In this document: in pieces, positions 1 through 20,897 of the stretch
Layout: each line of letters starts with the position of its first letter
How positions within the stretch are numbered: the stretch's first letter is position 1
NCBI RefSeq assembly: GCF_009914755.1
Contig: NC_060932.1
Origin: the human T2T-CHM13v2.0 reference genome, Homo sapiens
Reading direction: 5' to 3' (one strand)
DNA: 64,000 bases
Notes under the pieces: generated by a model
What the model was told of the DNA's origin: nothing
What the model saw: the letters and a program-made list of their open reading frames with translations, nothing else
Databases searched by the model: none
Translations under genes and position numbers: made by a program

Positions 1-295
1 TTGATAAGGATTTTTCAAGGTATGAACGTGCAGTTCAACAGCTGGCCAGACTTCCTGGTTCAGAAGTGTAATCCTAGGTGGGGAAGTTTGTTATTACAGC
101 CGGCAAGAACGAGGACACTTCACAGGGCTGGGCTGCCGAGGAAAGATGAGAGACTAAACTGATGAGAATCACCAACCAGTTTGATGACTTGGAGAACAGT
201 CACTTCCTCTTTCTGGGCTACAGTTTTCTCATCAGTAACTGAAGAGCTTGCAGTACCTTCAACATTCCTTCAGGTGAGGACTTCTCTTTGATCAC

Positions 296-657
296 TGCTA
301 TGGTTTGAATGTGTCTCCTAAAGTTCATGTGTTGGAAGCTTGATCCCCAGTGCAAAAGTGTTGGGAGGTGGGGCCTAATGAGAAGTAATTAGGCCATGAG
401 TATTCTGCCCTCATGTATTCATGAGATTAATGTCATTATCATGGGAGCGGGTTTGTTAAAATGAGTTCGGCCCCTTCCTTCTCTCTCTTTCTTCTGCCAT
501 ACAGTATGGGATGCACAGTGCAGAAGGTCTTACCAGATACTGGCACCATGCTTTTGGACTTCTCAGCCCCCAGAACCATGAGCCAAATAAATTTCTGTTC
601 ATTATAAATCACCCAGTCTGTGGCATCCTGTTAGAGCAGCATAAATGGACTAAGATA
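296..657 (+). mobile_element. MaLR solo LTR (MST family)
   Basis: Starts TGCTATGGTTTGAATGTGT, ends GGACTAAGATA; near-TSD atcac/atccc. Confidence 0.8.
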
Positions 658-1445
658 ATCCCTATAAAGAGTGGCAACAGAACAGTTCCCAGCTCACTGG
701 CAGAATCCTATGATCAACTAGTAATGTCTGCCAGGGAAGGAGGATGAGTGGCACTAACATGTACGGTGTGTTTGCTCACTGTTCTACAGGATTCAACTAG
801 AATCTCTGGGTCTGTGTGAAGACCAAGAGCTGGGAACAGAAGCAGGGCTCTAGAGGGAAAAGTTTCTTTCGGATTCCTTTTTTTTGTTTTGTTTTAAAGA
901 GCTGCTCTGTGAGAAGACAAGGAGAAAATGGTCCCTACAGGATACTCACCTCTGTCTCAGGGAGACACTCAAGCATTTATTCAACCAAGAAAGAGAATTA
1001 GTTCCAGGTGAAAGGAGAACCCCAGAATACCCACCTACTTTTAAAATTCTCCCCTATGCATATTCAGGAACCAATCAGAGGATCTGTAATGCGCTGTGAG
1101 TAGAAAGGGAAGGGGAATGGGAAAGAAAAAAGTGAAGCTTGGAATGGTGGAAAGTACATGGGCTCTGCCATTTACCAGCTAAGTGATCTTGGGCAAGTAA
1201 CTCGACCTTTCTGAGCCTCGGTTTCCTCTTTGGTGAAATGAGGACTAATAATCCATTTCTCCCTCAGTACAGACAGCCAGCATGCAGTGAGCACTCAGCG
1301 ATGGCCAAGTATGGGAGAAGCCATGCTGGAATGAACATGTGGGACCATTTTGTGCAGTTTCTCAGGTAGGCTCAAGACTTGGTACTTAGTTTAACAGGCA
1401 ATGGGGAGCCATTGACAACTTAAAAAAAAAATAACATAAATGGGA

Positions 1446-1661
1446 ACCACTCAGACTGTGTCCTCTTCCTCTTCCAGAGGAAGATAACAACCATCTTCAA
1501 TGGCACATGGCAGTTGCCAAATTGCCATGAAGCAATATCTAAAGCCACCTCATGCTCAGGAGAAAACGCTCACCTTCCCCTCCTGGCTCCCCGTGCTCTA
1601 CACGTTCAGAGAAACTTCTCTAGTAATGAACTCAGGAACTGGTCACTGAGAGTATAGTCTC
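1446..1661 (-). pseudogene. Full-length U3 snoRNA (SNORD3-like) copy, probably a pseudogene
   Basis: Minus strand reads AGACTATACT...TTACTAGAGAAGTTTCTCTGAACGTGTAGAGCAC...AGCGTTTTCTCCTGAGC...GCCATTGA...GTCTGAGTGGT, colinear with U3 end to end; boxes A, C', B and C carry substitutions. Confidence 0.9.
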
Positions 1662-1974
1662 TATGGACAGCTTCGGAGCCATGGAGTGAAGCCGAGCAAA
1701 TCCATGGACCACTGCCCTGCCCCCGGTCTATCTCGCTAGACTAGGGACAGGACTTGGGTGATGCAGGAACAGAGAATGGCCTGAGGAGGACACAGACCAG
1801 ACCAGAGAGGAAGGAAGATGAGAGGAGGATGCGGGAAAGGGGCTTACATCAATCTCCAGAAGCAAGAGTTGGCAAAAGGCAGAAGGGAAAAGGCATAGAT
1901 CCAAAAAGGCAATGGGAGAGAGGGTTTATTGGATTTGTCCTCTTTGACCTCCAGGGATTGTAGGGAGGAGATAA

Positions 1975-2382
<408 letters not shown>

Positions 2383-3089
2383 GCGCCACACTTTAAAAAA
2401 TACTGTGGTACTGCTGGGTTCAGGCACAAGGGCCACAGCTACAGTAGGGTTACAGGTGTTCATAGCTGTTTTTCTCCAAAGAATGGCTCTGCCACTGACA
2501 GACATCAGGTTCTTACCATATCCTGGCTCTTTGAAGACCACACAATCCTGATTTCTTGGTGTCGTCCCTGAGCAGATAGCGTCAGGGCCTTGCTTTCATT
2601 TCTTTACTTTCATTTATTCGCTCCTCACCACTCCCACAGCACTCTGCCTGTAGCACCTGACACTGCCTGAAGGCTTTCTCTGGGTTCAGGGCTGTGCTTG
2701 GTGAACTGGCCCCGGGAGCAGCCCTCAGCCAATGATAACTAGGACTCCTTAGATAAACTCCGCAGCTTTCTCACCCTTTGGGCAGGAAAACCTTGAGATA
2801 TATTTGGCACCATCACCCAGAGGTTCCCACAGGCTGGAACCCCCTGATGTCCCCAGAGATGTCCATGAACCCAGATGTCCACAGCAGTGGCCTGCTCCTC
2901 AACTTCACCTGGCCTGGCTTCCTTCCCTTCCCGTTTCTCTTCCCCACTTCTCTCTGTACTTCTCAGAATGATCTTCCGACCAACCACTTGTACTGAAATC
3001 CTAGTCTCAGAGCCTGTTTCCAGCAGAGCCCACCCAAAGAGAGTCAGGGTTCTAGGCAGTCCATCCCATTGCCAGATCACGATCTGATC

Positions 3090-3992
3090 TGGAAAGAACA
3101 CGTGGTCACTCCCCTCAGAGTTCATAGATTTCAAACCCACGTGCTGCTCCTCTCACTCCAGCGCCAACACTGACTGGTCCCCTGGGCTCGTGGGCCGCCG
3201 GCAGCCTCGGCTCGTTCTCCAGACAGTGTTCCAAGAAGCCACTTCCAGCGAGGAAGCGTTGGCCTGAGAACTGGAACCTCTGCGGTCTCTGCAAACACGA
3301 CAATGACAAACACTTGAGAGGGCATGGGAGAAAGGAGCTCCTTCATAGGGCAGGGAGGGGTGGGCACTTGGGTGTGACCAAGGAGAGGAGGCGCGCCTGG
3401 TCAACAGCTCTCCCTGGCCCGTGTCCAGCTCCCTCCTCACACAGAGAGGGGGGCGCATCTCAGGGATGGCATCTTTCCCCCCCACAGGGAAATTCTTATC
3501 TTTGAAACAGCATGGGAATCGAGGCACCCAGGAGGGGAGCAGAGGCAGGCAGGCCTCCTTCAGGCCCATCCTCCAGCTGGGCTGGTGGTGCCAGGGAGGC
3601 TCCCTGCTTGGTAACAAAGGCCTGAGGGAGAGTTGCGAAACCCAGCAGGAAAGCCGGCTCACCTTCGCCTCCCCCTGCGGCTGGGAGGAGAGGAAATATC
3701 CCATGGCTGACTGTGCCAAGGAGGTGTCTGAGCCAGCCCTCCCGGCCCGAGGGCAGGGCAGGTGGCCCTGAGAGATAAGCCAATCCCGCAGCTGCAGATG
3801 AGGAGTTCTGAGAAGCATTGCTCAGGACAGCGGTAAATCACTTCTTGGAGGTGCCCTGCACGCCGGTCCTGGGAGCAGGCGGCCTCCCGGGGGTGCGGGA
3901 GCCCCACTCCTCCGTGGTGTGTTCCATTTGCTTCCCACATCTGGAGGAGCTGACGTGCCAGCCTCCCCCAGCACCACCCAGGGACGGGAGGC
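3090..3992 (+). promoter_or_regulatory. FAM83A proximal promoter / 5'UTR
   Basis: GC-rich, non-repetitive sequence before the ATG; CACGTG E-boxes at 3099-3104 and 3138-3143; CACCC/GGGTG boxes; TSS not locatable from sequence. Confidence 0.55.
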
Positions 3993-4472
3993 ATGAGCCG
4001 GTCAAGGCACCTGGGCAAAATCCGGAAGCGTCTGGAAGATGTCAAGAGCCAGTGGGTCCGGCCAGCCAGGGCTGACTTTAGTGACAACGAGAGTGCCCGG
4101 CTGGCCACGGACGCCCTCTTGGATGGGGGTTCTGAAGCCTACTGGCGGGTGCTCAGCCAGGAAGGCGAGGTGGACTTCTTGTCCTCGGTGGAGGCCCAGT
4201 ACATCCAGGCCCAGGCCAGGGAGCCCCCGTGTCCCCCAGACACCCTGGGAGGGGCGGAAGCAGGCCCTAAGGGACTGGACTCCAGCTCCCTACAGTCCGG
4301 CACCTACTTCCCTGTGGCCTCAGAGGGCAGCGAGCCGGCCCTACTGCACAGCTGGGCCTCAGCTGAGAAGCCCTACCTGAAGGAAAAATCCAGCGCCACT
4401 GTGTACTTCCAGACCGTCAAGCACAACAACATCAGAGACCTCGTCCGCCGCTGCATCACCCGGACTAGCCAG
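3993..4472 (+). CDS. FAM83A: FAM83A coding exon 1 (aa 1-160, start of DUF1669)
   Basis: ORF MSRSRHLGKIRKRLEDVKSQW...RRCITRTSQ matches the FAM83A N-terminus as I recall it; ends at donor CAG|GTACCG (4472/4473); 480 nt, phase 0. Confidence 0.97.
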
Positions 4473-4763
4473 GTACCGATGGCAAAGCCCCTGTCTCCGT
4501 GGCCAAGTAGCAGGGAGGATCGGGGGCTGATAGAGCAGGGAGGGGGGTGCATTTTGCTCCCAGGGCGAGAGTCCAGATAATTGGGGCTTCGGATGGAGGG
4601 GCTTTGCTGTCCGCCTTGCCCTGGACCACTGACCTCCTGATCCCACCTGTCACAGCCAGGGTCCAGGCCACCAACACTTATCACTGGAACTCCCGCAATC
4701 GCTTCCTGCCTGGCCCCCTCTTCCATTTTGATCCCCAGCGTCACAGTCTCCATACTGCAGTAA

Positions 4764-5122
<359 letters not shown>

Positions 5123-6873
5123 TGCCCTGCAACCTTTTCTGTACGACAAATCTAATTTGGTCTTTTCCCTGCTTAGAGCCTTCGGTAGCTCCCAGTTGCC
5201 CATAATGGGAAGAACAAACTCCTTAGCATGGCTTCCACCTCCTCCTGCTCCATACCAAGTGCCCTGTAGAGCTTGTCTTTGGGCCTTTGCGTGTGCTGTT
5301 CCCTCTGCCTGGCCATGCTTGCCTGCCCTGCTTTTCATTTGATACACACCTACTCCTGCTTCAGGACCCAGCATGAAAGCCTCTTCCCCAGAAAACCTTT
5401 CCTGAATTCCCCAGGCTGTGTTAGGTGCCCACCTCTGCGCTTCCAAATGTAACGGGGCCACTCCGCTGGGCTCACCTTTGCCCCTTCTCCTCTCAGACTC
5501 TGCTAAGACCTGTCTGCCCACAGATGACCTTGTGGCTCTTGAATCCAGCCAGTGGCCAGGCAGAAGATGGAGTAGGCAGCAGAGGGGGTTTCTCTCTCCC
5601 CAGAATATTCACACTTTGATAAGTATCTTTAGATAGAAGAGAAAAACCCTTCAAGCCCAGAGCTGGGCTGGTAGGATTTCAGGCACCGTGAGAGCTGGAT
5701 CAGGAGTTCTCCCAATGCCCCGAGATCTCCACCCTCAAGTGATATCCTGCTGTCAGCCGGAGACAAGTGAAGGGACTTGAGCTCAGGGGTCTTGTTCAAC
5801 CCCAGGTGCACAAAATGACTCCAGCGCCAGGCTGTGGGTGCCCACACCTCACTCCTGCTGCTGCAGAGGGGCAGGGGAGAATGGACCCCAAGGAAAAACA
5901 TTCATCATCTGTAAAATCCTCTCTGTCTCCCTCTCTCCCTCTCTCTCATTCAAATTATTTATTTTGTTACACTTAGAAGAAGTCATAAAAGAACATGCTG
6001 ATGTTTGGGTTGGTTTTTTGCTAGGGTCCCAGTCTCATAACTGAATTCCCTCCCAAGTTCAATACCGTGTGAAATCTTAAGCTTCCAGATAAACCATCCA
6101 AGGGTGAAGAGGCCATGTGTGGAGGAGGAGGGAGGGAGCAGAGTTCTGGAAAATTTAGTCGAAGGTAACAACAGGTGGGGCATTGGCTTTTAGTGTGGCT
6201 GGGCTGCTTGGAGCAGTATTTCATGTTTCTGTGGCAGGGCGGCATTTGAGGATGCATCCAGGCAAGCGGCCAGGAGTGCCCACGCTGCCTTTGTGGCCCG
6301 GCGCTGGCTGTATCCCCTCAGGCAAGTCCCTGGACTCCTTAGGGCTCAGCTCCTATGCCGGACTAAAGTCCCTCCAGGCTCCAAAGGCCTGTTCCTGAGT
6401 GTGCCAGTTCTGGTCTTTCCGCATGAAGTTCAGTGCTCTCCCGAGGGGTGGGGACCAATGCTGTTGGGGGAAATTGTCAATCGCAGCTGCTCGAAGGGTG
6501 AGGAAGGATCCCTGGAAGGAAGCCTGGTTAGGGCTTGTAAAACACAGTCCCCTGGCTGAGTCCCTCTCCTCCCCACTCCACACCCAGTGAGGCTTCTGCA
6601 TCCACCTCTAGGACCCTGACACCGCTGATGTCCTTTGGACCAACACAGCGTGTTACGAACTTAGGACAACACTTAAAAATCTGAAGATTTCACCTGAAAG
6701 TTAGAACTTCCAGCTCCTCTTAGCAGGTGGGCTCTGCTGGCATGGAGTTTGGCTGCTTCGTTGGGTGGGTCCCCTTTGCCACAGTCCCCACCATTCCCTG
6801 TTGTCCTGGGACCCTCAGGGGTTCACCCGTTTGGGTGTCTGCCAGGCACCCAATAATAATTAATTGGTTATAA

Positions 6874-7997
<1,124 letters not shown>

Positions 7998-8397
7998 CTA
8001 ATGTGCCCCCACACCCAGGACGGCAGAGTGGACCAAGAGGGATCCTTCCCTCTGGGGAGCTCCCTGCCAACCACCTGCTCCTTAGGAGAGAGGAGAAAGA
8101 ATTAGACGATGGCAGTCCCAGGCTTGGGCAACCCTCGGTGCCTGGAAGTGGAGGAAGGGATTAGGGCAGGCTTCACGGAAGAGGTGGTCTCGGAGTAGAG
8201 TCTCAAAGGCTGAGTAAGCGTTTGCTGGGCAGAGAAGGAAGGGAAAGGAATTCCAGGCCTAAGGAGGGTCACATGCGAAAGTCAGGAGGTTTGAGAGGGC
8301 CCATGTGTCTTGGAGGTGATGGGACCAGAGCTTGGAGATGTGATAAAGGGTGAGGACAGGAATAGAGGCTGTCGGGGCCAGAGCCAAAGACTGAGAG

Positions 8398-9918
<1,521 letters not shown>

Positions 9919-10612
9919 TTCAACCCACTATACCTTCTTAGGAAGAACAGTGGTCCAAACCAGTTACTGGCTTCAAATTAATCCAGCTGGAAGACAATCC
10001 CAACAGGAAGCAAACAAGATAAACCTAGACAGGGTGAGCCTGTATTTCCAAGCATCCTTTAATTCAAGATGCTGGGTTATTTCCAAACCTGCCCCTGTCT
10101 CTGTTCAATCACCAGCTCACCAGCCCTGTCTCAGGAAAATGATGATTCATTGGCATAGAACTGGAAGTACTTACTGACCTATCAGGGAGGGAGGGAATTG
10201 TTTCTTTTGTCAATACCTTGGAAGAGGAGGCATTTATCTTTCAGCAAACAGGGAAAGCCTAAGCTGCTTTCAGTGCTATAAGGCTAAATGTGTGCAAGAC
10301 AATTAATTGTGTGATTACAGGGCCATGGTTCTAATGATCACAGCCTCATTATTAGAACATCTTTTCCGATTTCCTGCCCAGGGTGAGCAATCTCTGAGGA
10401 GTTCCCTCCCCTGTCCAGCTATCCATCCACATCACAGAAAGTTGATTCCAAGTGGATACCAGCCATCAGTTTGGCCTGCCAGTAAGACACCTCTCTTTCC
10501 TTGGCTACTTCCCAGATGGCGGTGGTTTTAAAAAATATATTGCAATGATTAGAAAGATAGTGGAAACTTATTATTACAGGTAATCTTGAAGAAAGGGAAT
10601 GGCCGTATTCCC

Positions 10613-11058
10613 TGTGAAAGGAAAGTATCTTTGGCCCCCAAAATCACTAAGGAAAACTCAAGCTGGAAACTGCTTAGGGCAAACCTGCCTCCCATTCTAT
10701 TCAAAGTCACCGCTCTGCTCACTGAGATAGATGCATATCTGATGCCTCCTTTGGAAAGACTAATCAGAAACTCAAAAGAATGCAACAGTTTTTGTCTTAC
10801 TTATCTGTGGCCTGGATGCTCCCTCCTGGCTTTGAGTCTTCCTGCCTTTGCTTCCAGTTGTCCCACCTTTCCAGATTGAACCAAAGTACTTCTTACATCT
10901 ATTAATTGATGTCTCATGTCTCCCTAAAATGTATAAAATCAAGCTGTGCCCCGACCACCTTGGGCACATGTCGTCAGGACTTCCTCGGGCATGTCCTCAA
11001 CCTTGGCAAAATAAACTTTCTAAATTAACTGAGCCCTGTTTTATTTTCTGGGTTCACA
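10613..11058 (+). mobile_element. ERV1 solo LTR (MER4A-like)
   Basis: TGTGAAAGGAAA...GGGTTCACA termini, 4-bp TSD TCCC on both sides, TATAAAA at 10932 and AATAAA at 11010. Confidence 0.85.
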
Positions 11059-11184
11059 TCCCCCATCCTAACATGACTGTTAGTTTTTGCTTTGGGCTTA
11101 CCTACAATCATGTACGGAATAATGACATTTTGGTTACTAACAGACCACATCTATGACAGTGCTCCCATAAGATTATAATGGAGC

Positions 11185-11701
<517 letters not shown>

Positions 11702-12938
11702 TAATTAACATTTTTAATGACTGCCTAATAAGCTGCTTGTCAGTATATCACAATTAAGGTATTAGAAAGGACTCATGACTGGGTGACAGAGAGTAAACCC
11801 AAACAAGCTTAAGAAGAAGAGAAACATTCATTAACATCCACAGTGGAAAAGTCAAGGGTGGCACTGGTCTCAGGCATGGCTGGAACCAGGTGTCCAAATG
11901 ACAATGCTGGGACTCTGTCTCTACCTCCTGGCTGCTTTCTCCAGGGATGGCTTCATTGTCAGGCAGGCTCTCCCCAAGAGGTAGCAAAAATGGTTGCCAG
12001 CAGCCATTGCTTATAAAATACCAGCTAAGCAACCTCGTAGAAAGAACACCTCCTTTTCCCAGGAGTCCCAGCTAAAGTCCTGGGCTGACTCTTATTAGAA
12101 TAACTTAGATCATGTGACCACCTCTGGACCAATGTCTGTGGCCAACAGGGGATGCCATGCTCCCATTGGTCTAGCCTTGGTCATGTGGTCTCCCCATATC
12201 CAGTCAAAGAATGGCAATAGACCCTTCCAAACCACATTGATTGTGGAGGGGAGGCAATTACTTAAAGTCAGATTGGGATGCTGTTGACAGAAGAAGGGAG
12301 AATGAATGCTTGGCAGGAGGAACACAGATGTCTCTCCTGCTCACTGAAGGTCTAGAACTCCCCTCCCCAGTTTCTACTGTGACACATGATGCAGTAGCTG
12401 TGGGTAGAGCGTGACTCCCTTCTCCATCCCACGGGGAGCAGCTTGCTCTAGGCGCTTATATACGGTGCCTCCACATGGGATTTTGTTTGAGGATAGGATT
12501 CCACGGCTTAACAGCATTTGAAAATCAGTGGCCATAGTGTGCCCTCTAGCTCCAAGTGGCTGAGAATCCATAACCTTAACTTTATTCCTCTTCTGGAACC
12601 GGTTGAGATGCTTCTTCTTGTTCTTCTCTGCTCTCCTTCTCTTTCTAGACTTTTCCCTTCCTCCTCTGCACTCCCCACTCCCACAATGGGCATAGGGGCC
12701 AACAGATAGGTGGTGGGACTGGAGAGATGGTATCAGGACAGGCGCAGGGGCCTCCACTCCAGCTCTTCCTTTTCCTTCCATTAATCCTGCCCAGTCAGAC
12801 CCACTCTACCCCATCCTCTCCCCTCTGGCCCAATGGGAACAGCTCTCCCAGGCCCACTGGGACTCAGGCAGTTTGGGTGAAACCAGTTAGCACCTGCCCC
12901 TGACCTTTCTGGTAACTGAGCACTCTGCCCTGGCCCAG

Positions 12939-13106
12939 GTCCTGGTCATCCTGATGGATGTGTTCACGGATGTGGAGATCTTCTGTGACATTCTAGAGGC
13001 AGCCAACAAGCGTGGGGTGTTCGTTTGTGTGCTCCTGGACCAGGGAGGTGTGAAGCTCTTCCAGGAGATGTGTGACAAAGTCCAGATCTCTGACAGTCAC
13101 CTCAAG
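12939..13106 (+). CDS. FAM83A: FAM83A coding exon 2 (aa 161-216)
   Basis: Acceptor cccag|GTC, donor AAG|gtaggg; encodes VLVILMDVFTDVEIFCDILEAANKRGV...SHLK; 168 nt, phase 0-0. Confidence 0.97.
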
Positions 13107-14738
13107 GTAGGGGCCCCAATGAGAGTCCTAAGGGTACTCATATTAGCCCAGATAGGATAGTCTATGCAATAGTAACAAATGTCCCTCATCTTGTGTTAAT
13201 AGCTTAACACAATAAAGGTTCATTTCTTGCTCAAACAAACTCCTATGTAGGTCAGATGGCCCTCCTCCATATTGTAGCTACATCATGAGAAATACACGGC
13301 CTCTAAGATAACCATGACAGGGAAAGAGAAGGCTGGGAGACTCTGCAGGATGTTTCCAGGATCTGACCTGGAGGAGATTTCCATCGCTTTCTCTTATAAC
13401 TCATTGACCTTACCCAGATGCACGGATGCTGGGAAATGTAAAGGGTCATGGGTATCTGGTGAGCAGCATCTCTGCCATGTACTCCAGTTCTCCTCTCAGC
13501 TGGGGAAGCCCAGGGATTGCATCTTACAGGGCAGGCAACCTCCAGGGTCTGTGGGTGCATGTTCAGAACTCCCTGGTCCCAACAAGACATTGATCCTCTT
13601 GGACTTAACTGAACCCCGTACTTCCCTCTCCTGGCAAAGAGAAAAGAAACCCAGCGATAAGGGTTTGATTCATCACATAAATTTGAGGACAACTAATTCA
13701 AATGTGAACACCACCCATAGCTTTCATGAGTAGGCCTGGGTGAACAGCTGATTGGTGGCCCTCAGAGTTCTTTTGATCAGTCTCCTCTAGTTCAGGCAAG
13801 AGAGGTTCTGTCCTCTGGGAGAACCTCCCAGATAAGAATGAAGCCTCCTCCCTCCCTCCCTTCCCCTCTGCACAGATGCAGCTGAGTTCAGTGCTGCCTC
13901 CTGCTGCCACAGGCCTTGGGACCTCTGGCTGCTGGTCTGTTTGGCATGACGTAGATCATACCTCCTTGGCACGAGGCCATTGAAACAGGTCAGAAGTGTC
14001 AGAACTGGCCTTGCTTTCATGGCCTATGCTGGCCACACCTGACAGTACTCTGCTCACCATAGGACAATGGTGTCCCTCCTCTCAAGATCTCACAGAGCTA
14101 TGGAGAAGCCCAGGGGAAGCGGCTGGAGGCAGGACTGCCCTTCCCAGGACCTGCCAAGCCACCAGCAGTCTTTTGAGGAATCCAGACAGTATTCCACCTC
14201 CCTCAGCCTTAACCCTGAGACTCCCACACTTTACCCACTCTTCCATTTCTCCAGCCTTCCAGCTGTACGGCGGGAGCAGCAGGTGCTACAGGGAAGACAA
14301 GGGATAAATAGAGCCATGGTAGGGTTGCAGACTCACCTTTGCTTAAGACAATACAGGGTCTATTGCTACCTCCACAAAACCACCTCCTCTGGCTGCACCG
14401 AGCCTTCCCTCTGAACAGCTTAGGGTCAGGGACTCAGGTCAAGCCACTTACAAGGCAGGGCTGGGCTTGCCTCCAAGTAACTGCCAGGCCACCTGTGGCT
14501 CATGGGGGCCTAGACTCGGGGCTCCATAGGCATTAGGCCCTTGCTTTTCTTTTATTTGCTGCCTTATTTGAATTCTACCACCTTCCTTTTTTTTTGTTGC
14601 CAGCTGATGCCAGGACAGTGAAGACAATTTAGACAATTCAGCCCAGGGAAAATATTAATATGGTCCAGAATCCCACCAACCAGAGATAACACATTTCCAT
14701 CTTGATGAACATTCTACCAGACATTTTCATGCACAAAT

Positions 14739-15102
14739 TGTCTTAGTCCATCACAGCTGCTATAACAGAAGTCCATAGACTGGTGGTTCATAACAACAGA
14801 AATTTATTCCTCATGGTTCTAGAGGCTGGGAACTCCAAGATCAACGTTCTGGCAGATTCGGCGTCTGGTGAAGCCCACTTCCTGGCTTATAAATGGCTGT
14901 CTTCTTGCTGTGTCCTCACATGGCAGAAGGAGTGAGGCAGATCTCTAGGCCTCCTTTATAAGGCACTCCTCCCATTCATGAGCACTCCATCTTCATGACC
15001 TAATCTCCTCCCAAAGGCCCCACCTTCTAGTACCGTCACCCTGGGGATTAGGTTTCAACACAGAATGGGGGTAAAGGGAACATAAACATCCAGCCTAAAG
15101 CC
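14739..15102 (-). mobile_element. MaLR solo LTR (MST family), ending 57 nt before FAM83A exon 3
   Basis: Plus strand begins TGTCTTAGTCC (reverse of the LTR end); 5-bp TSD CAAAT at 14734-14738 and 15103-15107. Confidence 0.8.
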
Positions 15103-15159
15103 CAAATGTATCTCTATAAACAGAATTAGGAAGTGACACCTTGACTTTCCCTCCAACAG

Positions 15160-15284
15160 AACATTTCCATCCGGAGTGTGGAAGGAGAGATATACTGTGC
15201 CAAGTCAGGCAGGAAATTCGCTGGCCAAATCCGGGAGAAGTTCATCATCTCGGACTGGAGATTTGTCCTGTCTGGATCTTACAG
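15160..15284 (+). CDS. FAM83A: FAM83A coding exon 3 (contains pseudo-HKD motif REKFIISD)
   Basis: Acceptor ccaacag|AAC, donor ACAG|gtgagc; encodes NISIRSVEGEIYCAKSGRKFAGQIREKFIISDWRFVLSGSY; 125 nt. Confidence 0.96.
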
Positions 15285-15584
15285 GTGAGCCTTGGATTCA
15301 TCTCCTGTCAAGGATTCATGGAGAACAAGGGCTGAGTGAGGTGCAGACCAGCTCCCGCTGCTCAGACACAAACACCCCCAGCAGCTCCCAGAAGGTCTCC
15401 CTCTGCCCGGAGCTGGAGCTGCATCACATAGATGGGGTGAGAGGCAAGAAATGTGGACCCTTTCTGGCAAGAATTCCAGGTAGAGAGGCATTTCCAGGTG
15501 CCTCCGTTTCCCTTGATATTGCAATAGGACGTAGAATCCTCTTCTTTTCCCTCCTCGGATATCTTAGACGTGATTATAAAGTGA

Positions 15585-20897
<5,313 letters not shown>

